Shown: piece by piece, positions 1-13,634 of the stretch
How positions within the stretch are numbered: the stretch's first letter is position 1
Layout of the letters: every line of letters starts with the position of its first letter
DNA from: Eledone cirrhosa
Taxonomy: Eukaryota
Direction: 5' to 3'
Assembly (NCBI GenBank): GCA_964016885.1
Contig: OZ024740.1
Coordinates: forward strand, 210,552,001 to 210,616,000
Length of the DNA: 64,000 nt
The notes under the pieces: model-generated
Seen by the model: only the letters and a program-made list of their open reading frames with translations
Database searches by the model: none
Told to the model about the DNA's origin: nothing
Made by a program: the position numbers and the translations under genes

Positions 1-122
1 TTTGTTGTGAGATAGACAGATAGATATATAGTTTGTTAAGAGATAGATAGATAGATAGATATATAGTTTGTTGAGAGATAGACAGATAGATATATAGTTT
101 GTTGTGAGATAGATAGATAGAT
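1..122. repeat. 31-bp GATA-rich satellite, left fragment (runs off window)
   Basis: Monomers AGTTTGTTG(A/T)GAGATAGA(C/T)AGATAGATATAT, broken at ...GATAGATAGAT|TTCTTTATTAG. Confidence 0.95.
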
Positions 123-581
123 TTCTTTATTAGCCACAAGGGCGCAACAAGAAAGGGGACAATACAAAGACATGCCGGGGATTTTACATACAGTCGTGTA
201 AAAAATATAAAAACAAACAATTTCAACAATCGAAATCCCCAATAGGGGGGAGGCGCCACAAATGGGTTGTTTAATACCCCGTCGATAGAACAACCCTCAA
301 CTCAAGGAGCGTGTTGTGCAAGTGCTCCTTTCTTCCTTTTGCTCTCTTCCTCAACCTACAGGCTTATAAACAGAGAAGGCCCAATCACTCGGGCCATTTT
401 CGCTTCATTCACCCACCTTTCAGTAAATTTACTGGGGTGCAGTGCCTCTCTCTCCACCCTGATTCTCCTTCTAAAGTGATACTTAAAGAATGGAATCAAT
501 TGTTGTCCGGAGAGAAAGGCATCTGTCCTCAGTCCTCTCAACCTCGTCCACCATATAACTTCTTTCACTATAGCCACCGTA
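123..581 (-). mobile_element. Tx1-type non-LTR retrotransposon, heavily 5'-truncated (subfamily A, copy 1)
   Basis: Encodes the ORF2 C-terminus (VAIVKEVIWWTRLRGL...GPSLFISL*, stop at 356) plus a 3' UTR ending GCTAATAAAGAAAT. Nearly identical to 23762-24200. Flanked by a ~12-bp AGATAGATAGAT duplication. Confidence 0.9.
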
Positions 582-687
582 GATAGATAGATATATAGTT
601 TGTTGAGAGATAGATAGATAGATATATAGTTTGTTGAGAGATAGACAGATAGATATATAGTTTGTTGAGAGATAGACAGATAGATAT
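582..687. repeat. 31-bp satellite, ~3 monomers between Tx1 copy 1 and the CR1 insertion
   Basis: Same monomer; ends ...GACAGATAGATAT|TATGGCC. Confidence 0.95.
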
Positions 688-1703
688 TATGGCCTTTTGC
701 AATGGCAGACAAGTATATATATATATAATATATAAGAAGCAAAGAAAATTTCAATGATACGAAAGATTTCCTGGTGGAAGTTCAGGTGTACTCAGGGTTG
801 GTATCCAGTTTCGGGGTGAAAATCCAACGAATTTTGAGAGGTCCACATAAGCATTGATATATATATGTATGTAAAATGTAAACAGAAATAACAACACATA
901 TGACTAAAAAATGGCGACAAGGAAGGTCGCTTGACCACGTCTTGACCAAACAAAATATAATATTTTCACCTAAAACTGCCCTTTAAACACATGTCAGATG
1001 GATTACAATATTCATTATTACAATTACTTTCACTGTTCCCTGACAACTAGTACCAGTTTCAAGATAGAATTATCTTAACGAAGTATATATAATTTGACTT
1101 GATTTTCGCCAACGAACCACGTGTGGACATGGACGGGGAAAAAAGGAAAACAAAACAAAACAAATCACTACATCCCTTAAGGATCGCAGTAAGTACTCCA
1201 CAAAACATATAAACAACAATATACACACAGATTTATATACAGATATATACCATATGCATATACACACACACGTGAAAAGAAACCACACTATTGCGTGTGA
1301 GACACTATACCGGCCAATTTTACCAATTTACATTGGTAAAATATTTCTTAACATTGACTTCGCTTCTAACCCACATACACCTTTTAATTATATATATATA
1401 CTAGCAGCTGAAAGTTAATAATTTGAAAAAAAAATATTATTGAAAGTTTACTATAAAGAAGCAGTATCAGGGGAAAAAAAAAACAAAAAAAAAACGTTAT
1501 TCGCTGTTAATAAACAACTGCCTTCTACAGTACGTTTCATTTAACTTACGCAGCATATTTATTTGTTTACATGCACAGACTCTTCTACACACACACAACA
1601 TTTAGGAAAACGGAAACAAAATCCACAAAAAAACAGACATTTTATTTCTATCGTAATCAAGTGCGCTAAACCTATATTGTTTACATTCTGTGTTTTTCTA
1701 CGG

Positions 1704-2929
1704 ATGGGTAGAAATAACAAAATTGCCATGGTGATATCCATCGATGAAATTTGCGACAAAACTGGTCGATGTCCAAAAATAGAACATTGCCCGGAAGATC
1801 ACACCTGCCATATCTATACGGAACCCGAAAACTCGTTCCGTAATCGTTGGGTCGAATGTGGAACCTGTCGCATCTCTGCCTTCAATGCGCCACAGGCTTC
1901 CGGAAGATCCCAGGCCAAAATAAGAAACATCATATTGCTACGAAGGATAGACTCTGGGAGATGGTCCAGCTAACAAACTGGTCCTTTCAGTGCCTGGACT
2001 GTATGCCTGCTTCTCCCATTGCTGCGGAACAACAACAAAGACCGAAGATCGTGTCTTCTACCATTGTTCCTGAACAACAACAACAAAAACCGAGGATCGT
2101 GTCTTCCTCTACCATTGTCGCTGAACAACAGCAAAAACCAACGACCGTAGCTTCTGCTACTACCCCCGTTGAAGGACTTCATCAACAACAGCAACCCATG
2201 TCTTCCTCACCCGTTACTTTTCAACAACAACAACCGACGACTGTGTCTTCTACCATGCCTGTTGAAGGAGAAGAACAACAACAAAAACCGACCGTCAATA
2301 CGGAGTTTGAGGAAATACGGCAAATGATTTCCGCTTTAAGTCAAGAAATAGCGGAAATAAAATCAAGCGTTCGTGTAGAACCCCACAATGAGGGATCTTA
2401 CCGGAGTGCCTTGTTAAAAAATCTCCGCGTACCTCATGTTGAACCTAGACGCATTGAGAATGCCACTGAATCTGCAAACCACGAAGTGATTGCCATTGGT
2501 GTGCCGGAAGACATAGTTGATCTTCAGGCATTTGCTGCCAGTTCATCCAAAGACCTGGGCTGTGCTCCCGCAAAGGGTGCTCTACGCCTTGGCCGACCAG
2601 GCCCGAAACCCAGGTTAATTAGACTGTCGTTTTCAAACTCGGCTGAGGCACGTTCATACCTTGTAGCCTCTGATAAAGCTAGGCGTGAAAGTCGGATTGC
2701 TTTCCGAACACGTCCTGGTCTTCCACCTGATGTCCGCCCAAAGTTGCGTGCTGCAGCTTCCCTAAACCGCAGCTCGGCAGAACATGAAAGCTTCAGCCTA
2801 CGAGATGATGGGCAGATATGGAAGTTTGTTAAGGCTGGCGAATCATGGAAAAGAGACACCAGCTGGTCTGAAAACAGTGTACCCACAACAACTGACAATA
2901 AAGAAACTGAAAAAACTCTGGGAAACTAA
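1704..2929 (+). pseudogene. CR1 ORF1 (PHD-like finger, Q-rich repeats, coiled coil, RRM-like domain), frameshifted near 1875
   Basis: HTCHIY...WVECGTC in ORF 1563..1973 continues as CLQC...WSFQCLDC in ORF 1847..2929. EFEEIRQMISALSQEIAEIK is coiled-coil-like. VIAIGVPE...RLG...PRLIRLSF is a typical LINE ORF1 RRM-like signature. Ends GN*. Confidence 0.75.
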
Positions 2930-5729
2930 ATCAGAACAACCTGCCATCCCCTGCACATAATCATAGACTGGAATCAAAGTACAAACTGTTGTCCTTGAAT
3001 GCACGTAGTCTATGCAATAAGATTCATCTTTTTGACTCCTACGTCAAAAGTATCAACCCGGACTTCATTACAGTCACGGAAACTTGGGCACATCCCTTAC
3101 TCTGTGATGGGGTTTTCAGCATGACTGGCTACAACCTGTTTCGTAAAGACCGTATTAATCATCGTGGTGGTGGTGTAATGGTCTACGTTCGGTCAAATCT
3201 GTCGGCAATTCCTTGTGCTGATTTGAACCAATCACAGCAGGAAGTTTTTTTCTGCGATATACGTATGACCATGTCAACACTGCTACTTGGAGTCGTTTAC
3301 CGTCCCCCAAATTACCATCAGGACACTCAACTTTGTGATATCCTCAGAGCTGCTGCCAGGAAGACAGCCACTTATGTTTTCATTCCAGGTGACTTCAATC
3401 ACCCTGAGATTGACTGGGAGACCTTTCGTTGGCCGCCAAGTGCAAATGACTTCCTTGAGCTGGTGCTGGACTCGAGTTGGTCCCAGGTGGTCACCTCCCC
3501 AACGAGAGGTGACAACACTTTGGACCTACTCTTCACCACTACTCCTGAAACGGTCATTAGTGTTACTGCTGAGGAACCTTTAGGTGACTCTGATCATGCT
3601 ATGATCATTGCCAATCTATCCCTCATGGGCAGTAACAAGAACCACAACCATCTCCAAACTGCTCACTTTGACTGGAATAAAGCAGACTGGAACTGTTACT
3701 GCACCGAGTTGCAACGGCCAAACTGGCTTGAGTTCTATGACTCTGGAGATGTCAACACTGTACTCCAGAACATCCTGAGCTCAATATGGACAGCATGTGC
3801 AGCATTGGTGCCACGTAAGCGGAAAAAACATCCTAAAAGCGCAATTTGGGAGACTGCAGCAGTCCGTCTTGCCAGAAAAGAACGGCGCAATGCTGAACGT
3901 GAGTACAAACTTCACAAATCAGACATTAATAGGAAGAGGCGAAATAGATCGTCCAACCACCTCAAACAGGTGACAAAAAAGGCAGTGCTTCAATTTGAGC
4001 AGCGCATAGCAACCAGCCCTGACAGTAAGGTGTTCTGGAAGTATGTTCACTCAAAGCAGAGGCCTCACTCTCCAGTTGGTCCTCTTCGCAATCCCCACAC
4101 AAGCCAGGTTACTGACGACCCCAAGGAATGCGCAGAGCTCATTGCTGAATGCTATGCAGGCATTTTCACCATTGAAGACCAGAGTGTACCATCTCCACCA
4201 CCTATGACACCGGACTCTATTACAACCATGGAATTTACACCTGCAATGCTGCGACGTCACCTAAAAAATAAACGCAACCATGCCTCTCCTGGTCTTGATG
4301 GTGTTACGTACCTGCTTCTTAAACGTGGTGGGTACTTCCTTCTACACCAGTTATCACGCTTCTTCCAATTCTGTCTGAACAACAGTGCTACTCCAGAACA
4401 GTGGAAAACTGCCAGTGTCATTCCTCTGTTCAAAAAGGGTGACCGCACATCACCTGTGAACTATCGTCCAGTCAGTCTTACTAGTTGCATCGCCAAACTG
4501 ATGGAATCCTGTGTCAGAGAAACACTTTGGAACTTCTGGAGCTCTCACAGTCTTATCCGGCCCTCGCAATTTGGATTTATCCCCAACTCCAGCTGCTGTG
4601 ATCAATTTATAGAGTTTCTTGAGGACATCACCCGGATCACTGATGGCGGCTCATGGGTGGATGTTGTTTACCTTGACTTTGCGAAGGCCTTCAATTCTGT
4701 GCCACACAAAAGGCTTATGGCAAAACTCTCTGCAATGGGCGTGAAGGATGATCTTTTTAACTGGTTGAAGTCCTTCATTCTCAGTCGAAGAGAGGTAGTC
4801 ACGGTTCTGGGACAGCATTCCTCACCATATGAGATGTCATCTGGTGTACCTCAGGGATCTGTTCTTGGCCTCCTTTTGTTTGTGGCATATATTAATGACA
4901 TAGATGCCAACTTAAGGAATGCCACAGTACTAAAGTACGCAGACGACATCAAGCTGTACCTTGAGATAAAAAGGACAGATCCTGAACACTATAGATCTTG
5001 CTTGCAGTCTGACCTGGACACAATGCAACAGTGGATCTCAGACTGGCAACTCAAGCTAGCTGTGGACAAGTGCACCACCATGCATTTTGGGAGTAAAAAC
5101 CCAGCGTCCACATACTCCCTCCACAGCACTAATATCAAGAAGTCTTCCTGTGAACGTGACCTGTTACGGTCGGCAGCGATTTGCGTTGGACGAGGCACGT
5201 CTCTAAAATTGTCAAGAGGGCCGAGGGTGTCTTAGCATCACTCAGCAAGACCTTTGTCAGCCGCTCTCCAGATATCTATTTAAGGCTGTATACAGCTATG
5301 GTGCGACCACACTTAGAATTTGCATCACCAGTCTGGAACCCCTATCTTGCTCAGGACATTGACCGCCTGGAAACTGTTCAGAGACGTGCAACCAAGCAAA
5401 TACCCTCCATCAGGCATCTACCATACTCTGAGCGCCTTGCTTCCCTGGGCATGGATTCATTGAAGCTCCGACGCCTGGCAACTGACTTGGTAAACACCCA
5501 CAAAATTGTTAACCATGTTGCCAACAACAACCCTGAGTGCCTTTTCGATTTCCATGTGTCTAACACACGTGGACATGCCCACAAAGTAAGAAAACAGCAC
5601 ATTTCCCATTTTTTCACGCTCAGAGTTGCTGAAGCATGGAACAAACTACCTGCATCAGTTGTTAGCTGTCGAGACACTGCATCCTTTAAGGCCTCCATGC
5701 TTCCCGAGATCCGCCAACACTACAGCTAA
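2911..5729 (+). pseudogene. CR1 ORF2 endonuclease-reverse transcriptase, one frameshift at ~5160
   Basis: APE motifs LNARSL, VTETW, RGGGV, VYRPP, GDFN, LDLL, SDH. RT motifs SPGLDG, NYRPVSLTS, QFGF, LDFAKAF, GVPQGSVLG, YADD. CR1 C-terminal motifs VRPHLEFASPVWNPY, LETVQRRATK, TRGH, WNKLP. Confidence 0.93.
2920..2926 (+). promoter_or_regulatory. Candidate -1 ribosomal frameshift heptamer G_GGA_AAC
   Basis: ORF1 reads CTG GGA AAC TAA. The -1 frame is open from 2911 straight into the APE domain, with no ATG until 3121. Confidence 0.6.
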
Positions 5730-5790
5730 CACATACAAACATGTACTTCCCTGACATTTGTGTATTATTCTATGTACTATATTGACGAGT

Positions 5791-5845
5791 TGTAGTGCAC
5801 CTGAGCACTTTACACAATAATTTCATTATTATTATTATTATTATT
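5791..5845 (+). other. CR1 3' stem-loop and (ATT)n tail
   Basis: TGTAGTGC-ACCTGA-GCACTTTACA hairpin followed by CAATAA and TTATTATTA... Confidence 0.75.
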
Positions 5846-8800
5846 TATATATAGTTTGCTGTGAGATAGACAGATAGATATATAGTTTGTTGTGAGATAG
5901 ATAGATATGTATATAGTTTGTTGTGAGATAGACAGATAGATATATAGTTTGTTGTGAGATATACAGATAGATATATAGTTTGTTGAGAGATAGACAGATA
6001 GATATATAGTTTGTTGAGAGATAGACAGATAGATATATAGTTTGTTGAGAGATAGATAGATAGATATATAGTTTGTTGAGAGATAGACAGATAGATATAT
6101 AGTTTGTTGAGAGATAGATAGATAGATATATAGTTTGTTGAGAGATAGACAGATAGATATATAGTTTGTTGAGAGATAGACAGATAGATATATAGTTTGT
6201 TGTGAGATAGATAGATAGATATATAGTTTGTTGAGAGATAGATAGATAGATATATAGTTTGTTGTGAGATAGATAGATAGATATATAGTTTGTTGAGAGA
6301 TAGACAGATAGATATATAGTTTGTTGTGAGATAGACAGATATATAGTTTGTTGTGAGATAGATAAATAGATATATAGTTTGTTGAGAGATAGACAGATAG
6401 ATATATAGTTTGTTGTGAGACAGATAGATATATAGTTTGTTGTGAGATAGATAGATATATAGTTTGTTGTGAGATAGATATATAGTTTGTTGTGAGATAG
6501 ACTGATAGATATATAGTTTGTTGAGAGATAGACAGATAGATATATAGTTTACTGAGAGATAGACAGATAGATATATAGTTTGTTGTGAGATAGACAGATA
6601 GATATATAGTTTGTTGAGAGATAGACAGATAGATATATAGTTTGTTGTGAGATAGACAGATAGATATATAGTTTGTTGTGAGATAGACAGATAGATATAT
6701 AGTTTACTGAGACATAGACAGATAGATATATAGTTTATTGAGAGATAGACAGATAGATATATAGTTTGTTGTGAGATAGACAGATAGATATATAGTTTGT
6801 TGAGAGATAGACAGATAGATATATAGTTTGTTGAGAGATAGACAGATAGATATATAGTTTGTTGTGAGATAGATAGATAGATATATAGTTTGTTGAGAGA
6901 TAGACAGATAGATATATAGTTTGTTGAGAGATAGATAGCTAGATATATAGTTTGTTGTGAGATAGACAGATAGATATATAGTTTGTTGTGAGATAGACAG
7001 ATAGATATATAGTTTGTTGAGAGATAGACAGATAGATATATAGTTTGTTGAGAGATAGACAGATAGATATATAGTTTGTTGAGAGATAGATAGATAGATA
7101 TATAGTTTGTTGAGAGATAGATAGATAGATATATAGTTTGTTGGGAGATAGATAGATAGATATATAGTTTGTTGAGAGATAGACAGATAGATATATAGTT
7201 TGTTGAGAGATAGATAGATATATAGTTTGTTGTGAGATAGACAGATAGATATACAGTTTGTTGAGAGATAGATAGATAGATATATAGTCTGTTGTGAGAT
7301 AGACAGATAGATATATAGTTTGTTGTGAGATAGATAGATAGATATATAGTTTGTTGTGAGATAGACAGATAGATATATAGTTTGTTGTGAGATAGATAGA
7401 TAGATATATAGTTTGTTGAGAGATAGATAGATAGATATATAGTTTGTTGAGAGATAGACAGATAGATATATAGTTTGTTGAGAGATAGACAGATAGATAT
7501 ATAGTTTGTTGAGAGATAGATATATAGTTTGTTGTGAGATAGACAGATAGATATATAGTTTGTTGTGAGATAGATAGATAGATATATAGTTTGTTGAGAG
7601 ATAGATAGATAGATATATAGTTTGTTGTGAGATAGACAGATAGATATATAGTTTGTTGTGAGATAGATATATAGATATATAGTTTGTTGTGAGATAGATA
7701 GATAGATATATAGTTTGTTGAGAGATAGATAGATAGATATATAGTTTGTTGAGAGATAGACAGATAGATATATAGTTTGTTGAGAGATAGACAGATAGAT
7801 ATACAGTTTGTTGAGAGATAGACAGATAGATATATAATTTGTTGAGAGATAGATAGATATATAGTTTGTTGAGAGATAGACAGATGGATATATAGTTTGT
7901 TGAGAGATAGATAGATAGATATATAGTTTGTTGAGAGATAGACAGATAGATATACAGTTTGTTGAGAGATAGATAGATAGATATATAGTCTGTTGTGAGA
8001 TAGACAGATAGATATATAGTTTGTTGAGAGATAGATAGATAGATATATAGTTTGTTGTGAGATAGACAGATAGATATACAGTTTGTTGAGAGATAGATAG
8101 ATAGATATATAGTCTGTTGTGAGATAGACAGATAGATATATAGTTTGTTGTGAGATAGATAGATAGATATATAGTTTGTTGTGAGATAGACAGATAGATA
8201 TATAGTTTGTTGTGAGATAGATAGATAGATATATAGTTTGTTGAGAGATAGATAGATAGATATATAGTTTGTTGAGAGATAGATAGATAGATATATAGTT
8301 TGTTGAGAGATAGACAGATAGATATATAGTTTGTTGAGAGATAGACAGATAGATATATAGTTTGTTGAGAGATAGATAGATAGATATATAGTTTGTTGTG
8401 AGATAGACAGATAGATATATAGTTTGTTGTGAGATAGATAGATAGATAGATATATAGTTTGTTGAGAGATAGATAGATAGATATATAGTTTGTTGTGAGA
8501 TAGATAGATAGATATATAGTTTGTTGAGAGATAGATAGATAGATATATAGTTTGTTGTGAGATAGACAGATAGATATATAGTTTGTTGTGAGATAGACAG
8601 ATAGATATATAGTTTGTTGTGAGATAGATAGATAGATATATAGTTTGTTGTGAGATAGATATATAGATATATAGTTTGTTGTGAGATAGATAGATAGATA
8701 TATAGTTTGTTGTGAGATAGACAGCTAGATATATAGTTTGTTGAGAGATAGATAGATAGATAGATATATAGTTTGTTGAGAGATAGACAGATAGATATAC

Positions 8801-11800
8801 AGTTTGTTGAGAGATAGACAGATAGATATATAGTTTGTTGAGAGATAGATAGATAGATATATAGTTTGTTGAGAGATAGACAGATAGATATATAGTTTGT
8901 TGAGAGATAGACAGATAGATATATAGTTTATTGAGAGATAGACAGATAGATATATAGTTTGTTGTGAGATAGACAGATAGATATATAGTTTGTTGTGAGA
9001 TAGACAGATATATAGTTTGTAGAGAGATAGATAGATAGACATATAGTTTGTTGTGAGATAGACAGATAGATATACAGTTTGTTGAGAGATAGATAGATAG
9101 ATATATAGTCTGTTGTGAGATAGACAGATAGATATATAGTTTGTTGTGAGATAGATAGATAGATATATAGTTTGTTGTGAGATAGACAGATAGATATATA
9201 GTTTGTTGAGAGATAGATAGATAGATATATAGTTTGTTGTGAGATAGACAGATAGATATATAGTTTGTTGTGAGATAGACAGATAGATATATAGTTTGTT
9301 GTGAGATAGACAGATAGATATATAGTTTGTTGAGAGATAGATAGATAGATATATAGTTTGTTGTGAGATAGACAGATAGATATATAGTTTGTTGTGAGAT
9401 AGACAGATAGATATACAGTTTGTTGAGAGATAGACAGATAGATATACAGTTTGTTGTGAGATAGACAGATATATATATAGTTTGTTGTGAGATAGATAGA
9501 TATGTAGTTTGTTGAGAGATAGACAGATAGATATACAGTTTGTTGTGAGATAGATAGATATATAGTTTGTTGAGAGATAGACAGATAGATATATAGTTTG
9601 TTGAGAGATAGATAGATAGATATATAGTTTGTTGAGAGATAGATAGATAGATATATAGTTTGTTGAGAGATAGACAGATAGATATATAGTTTGTTGTGAG
9701 ATAGACAGATATATAGTTTGTTGTGAGATAGATAAATAGATATATAGTTTGTTGAGAGATAGACAGATAGATATATAGTTTGTTGTGAGACAGATAGATA
9801 TATAGTTTGTTGTGAGATAGATAGATATATAGTTTGTTGTGAGATAGATATATAGTTTGTTGTGAGATAGACTGATAGATATATAGTTTGTTGAGAGATA
9901 GACAGATAGATATATAGTTTACTGAGAGATAGACAGATAGATATATAGTTTGTTGTGAGATAGACAGATAGATATATAGTTTGTTGAGAGATAGACAGAT
10001 AGATATATAGTTTGTTGTGAGATAGACAGATAGATATATAGTTTGTTGTGAGATAGACAGATAGATATATAGTTTACTGAGACATAGACAGATAGATATA
10101 TAGTTTATTGAGAGATAGACAGATAGATATATAGTTTGTTGTGAGATAGACAGATAGATATATAGTTTGTTGAGAGATAGACAGATAGATATATAGTTTG
10201 TTGAGAGATAGACAGATAGATATATAGTTTGTTGTGAGATAGATAGATAGATATATAGTTTGTTGAGAGATAGACAGATAGATATATAGTTTGTTGAGAG
10301 ATAGATAGCTAGATATATAGTTTGTTGTGAGATAGACAGATAGATATATAGTTTGTTGTGAGATAGACAGATAGATATATAGTTTGTTGAGAGATAGACA
10401 GATAGATATATAGTTTGTTGAGAGATAGACAGATAGATATATAGTTTGTTGAGAGATAGATAGATAGATATATAGTTTGTTGAGAGATAGATAGATAGAT
10501 ATATAATTTGTTGGGAGATAGATAGATAGATATATAGTTTGTTGAGAGATAGACAGATAGATATATAGTTTGTTGAGAGATAGATAGATATATAGTTTGT
10601 TGTGAGATAGACAGATAGATATACAGTTTGTTGAGAGATAGATAGATAGATATATAGTCTGTTGTGAGATAGACAGATAGATATATAGTTTGTTGTGAGA
10701 TAGATAGATAGATATATAGTTTGTTGTGAGATAGACAGATAGATATATAGTTTGTTGTGAGATAGATAGATAGATATATAGTTTGTTGAGAGATAGATAG
10801 ATAGATATATAGTTTGTTGAGAGATAGACAGATAGATATATAGTTTGTTGAGAGATAGACAGATAGATATATAGTTTGTTGAGAGATAGATATATAGTTT
10901 GTTGTGAGATAGACAGATAGATATATAGTTTGTTGTGAGATAGATAGATAGATATATAGTTTGTTGAGAGATAGATAGATAGATATATAGTTTGTTGTGA
11001 GATAGACAGATAGATATATAGTTTGTTGTGAGATAGATATATAGATATATAGTTTGTTGTGAGATAGATAGATAGATATATAGTTTGTTGAGAGATAGAT
11101 AGATAGATATATAGTTTGTTGAGAGATAGACAGATAGATATATAGTTTGTTGAGAGATAGACAGATAGATATACAGTTTGTTGAGAGATAGACAGATAGA
11201 TATATAATTTGTTGAGAGATAGATAGATATATAGTTTGTTGAGAGATAGACAGATGGATATATAGTTTGTTGAGAGATAGATAGATAGATATATAGTTTG
11301 TTGAGAGATAGACAGATAGATATACAGTTTGTTGAGAGATAGATAGATAGATATATAGTCTGTTGTGAGATAGACAGATAGATATATAGTTTGTTGAGAG
11401 ATAGATAGATAGATATATAGTTTGTTGTGAGATAGACAGATAGATATACAGTTTGTTGAGAGATAGATAGATAGATATATAGTCTGTTGTGAGATAGACA
11501 GATAGATATATAGTTTGTTGTGAGATAGATAGATAGATATATAGTTTGTTGTGAGATAGACAGATAGATATATAGTTTGTTGTGAGATAGATAGATAGAT
11601 ATATAGTTTGTTGAGAGATAGATAGATAGATATATAGTTTGTTGAGAGATAGATAGATAGATATATAGTTTGTTGAGAGATAGACAGATAGATATATAGT
11701 TTGTTGAGAGATAGACAGATAGATATATAGTTTGTTGAGAGATAGATAGATAGATATATAGTTTGTTGTGAGATAGACAGATAGATATATAGTTTGTTGT

Positions 11801-13634
11801 GAGATAGATAGATAGATAGATATATAGTTTGTTGAGAGATAGATAGATAGATATATAGTTTGTTGTGAGATAGATAGATAGATATATAGTTTGTTGAGAG
11901 ATAGATAGATAGATATATAGTTTGTTGTGAGATAGACAGATAGATATATAGTTTGTTGTGAGATAGACAGATAGATATATAGTTTGTTGTGAGATAGATA
12001 GATAGATATATAGTTTGTTGTGAGATAGATATATAGATATATAGTTTGTTGTGAGATAGATAGATAGATATATAGTTTGTTGTGAGATAGACAGCTAGAT
12101 ATATAGTTTGTTGAGAGATAGATAGATAGATAGATATATAGTTTGTTGAGAGATAGACAGATAGATATACAGTTTGTTGAGAGATAGACAGATAGATATA
12201 TAGTTTGTTGAGAGATAGATAGATAGATATATAGTTTGTTGAGAGATAGACAGATAGATATATAGTTTGTTGAGAGATAGACAGATAGATATATAGTTTA
12301 TTGAGAGATAGACAGATAGATATATAGTTTGTTGTGAGATAGACAGATAGATATATAGTTTGTTGTGAGATAGACAGATATATAGTTTGTAGAGAGATAG
12401 ATAGATAGATATATAGTTTGTTGTGAGATAGACAGATAGATATACAGTTTGTTGAGAGATAGATAGATAGATATATAGTCTGTTGTGAGATAGACAGATA
12501 GATATATAGTTTGTTGTGAGATAGATAGATAGATATATAGTTTGTTGTGAGATAGACAGATAGATATATAGTTTGTTGAGAGATAGATAGATAGATATAT
12601 AGTTTGTTGTGAGATAGACAGATAGATATATAGTTTGTTGTGAGATAGACAGATAGATATATAGTTTGTTGTGAGATAGACAGATAGATATATAGTTTGT
12701 TGAGAGATAGATAGATAGATATATAGTTTGTTGTGAGATAGACAGATAGATATATAGTTTGTTGTGAGATAGACAGATAGATATACAGTTTGTTGAGAGA
12801 TAGACAGATAGATATACAGTTTGTTGTGAGATAGACAGATATATATATAGTTTGTTGTGAGATAGATAGATATGTAGTTTGTTGAGAGATAGACAGATAG
12901 ATATACAGTTTGTTGTGAGATAGATAGATATATAGTTTGTTGAGAGATAGACAGATAGATATATAGTTTGTTGAGAGATAGATAGATAGATATATAGTTT
13001 GTTGAGAGATAGATAGATAGATATATAGTTTGTTGAGAGATAGACAGATAGATATATAGTTTGTTGAGAGATAGATAGATAGATATATAGTCTGTTGTGA
13101 GATAGATAGATAGATATATAGTTTGTTGGGAGATAGACAGATAGATATATAGTTTGTTGTGAGATAGATAGATAGATATATAGTTTGTTGAGAGATAGAT
13201 AGATAGATATATAGTTTGTTGAGAGATAGATAGATAGATATATAGTTTGTTGAGAGATAGACAGATAGATATATAGTTTGTTGAGAGATAGATAGATAGA
13301 TATATAGTTTGTTTTGAGTTAGACAGATAGATATAGTTTGTTGTGAGATAGACAGATAGATATATAGTTTGTTGTGAGATAGATAGATAGATATATAGTT
13401 TATTGAGAGATACATAGATAGATATAGTTTGTTGTGAGATAGACAGATAGATATATAGTTTGTTGTGAGATAGATAGATAGATATATAGTTTATTGAGAG
13501 ATACATAGATAGATATATAGTTTGTTGTGAGATAGACAGATAGATATATAGTTTGTTGAGAGATAGACAGATAGATATATAGTTTGTTGAGAGATAGACA
13601 GATAGATATATAGTTTGTTGAGAGATAGATATAT
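5846..13634. repeat. 31-bp satellite block containing a 3370-bp tandem duplication
   Basis: Period 31 with 23/27/35-bp variants. Rare variants recur at offset 3370. Confidence 0.97.

Larger units (their letters stand above)
688..5845 (+). mobile_element. CR1-type LINE, near full length (5' boundary uncertain; 688-1700 is leader or co-inserted DNA)
   Basis: ORF1 + APE-RT ORF2, 3' stem-loop, AATAA and (ATT)n tail at 5824-5845. The satellite resumes in the same monomer phase at 5846. Confidence 0.85.

Noticed and set aside
10074-13415. 1113-aa ORF and similar minus-strand ORFs in the satellite
   Set aside because: A by-product of a 31-bp unit lacking stops on one strand; indels shift frames freely and there is no gene structure.
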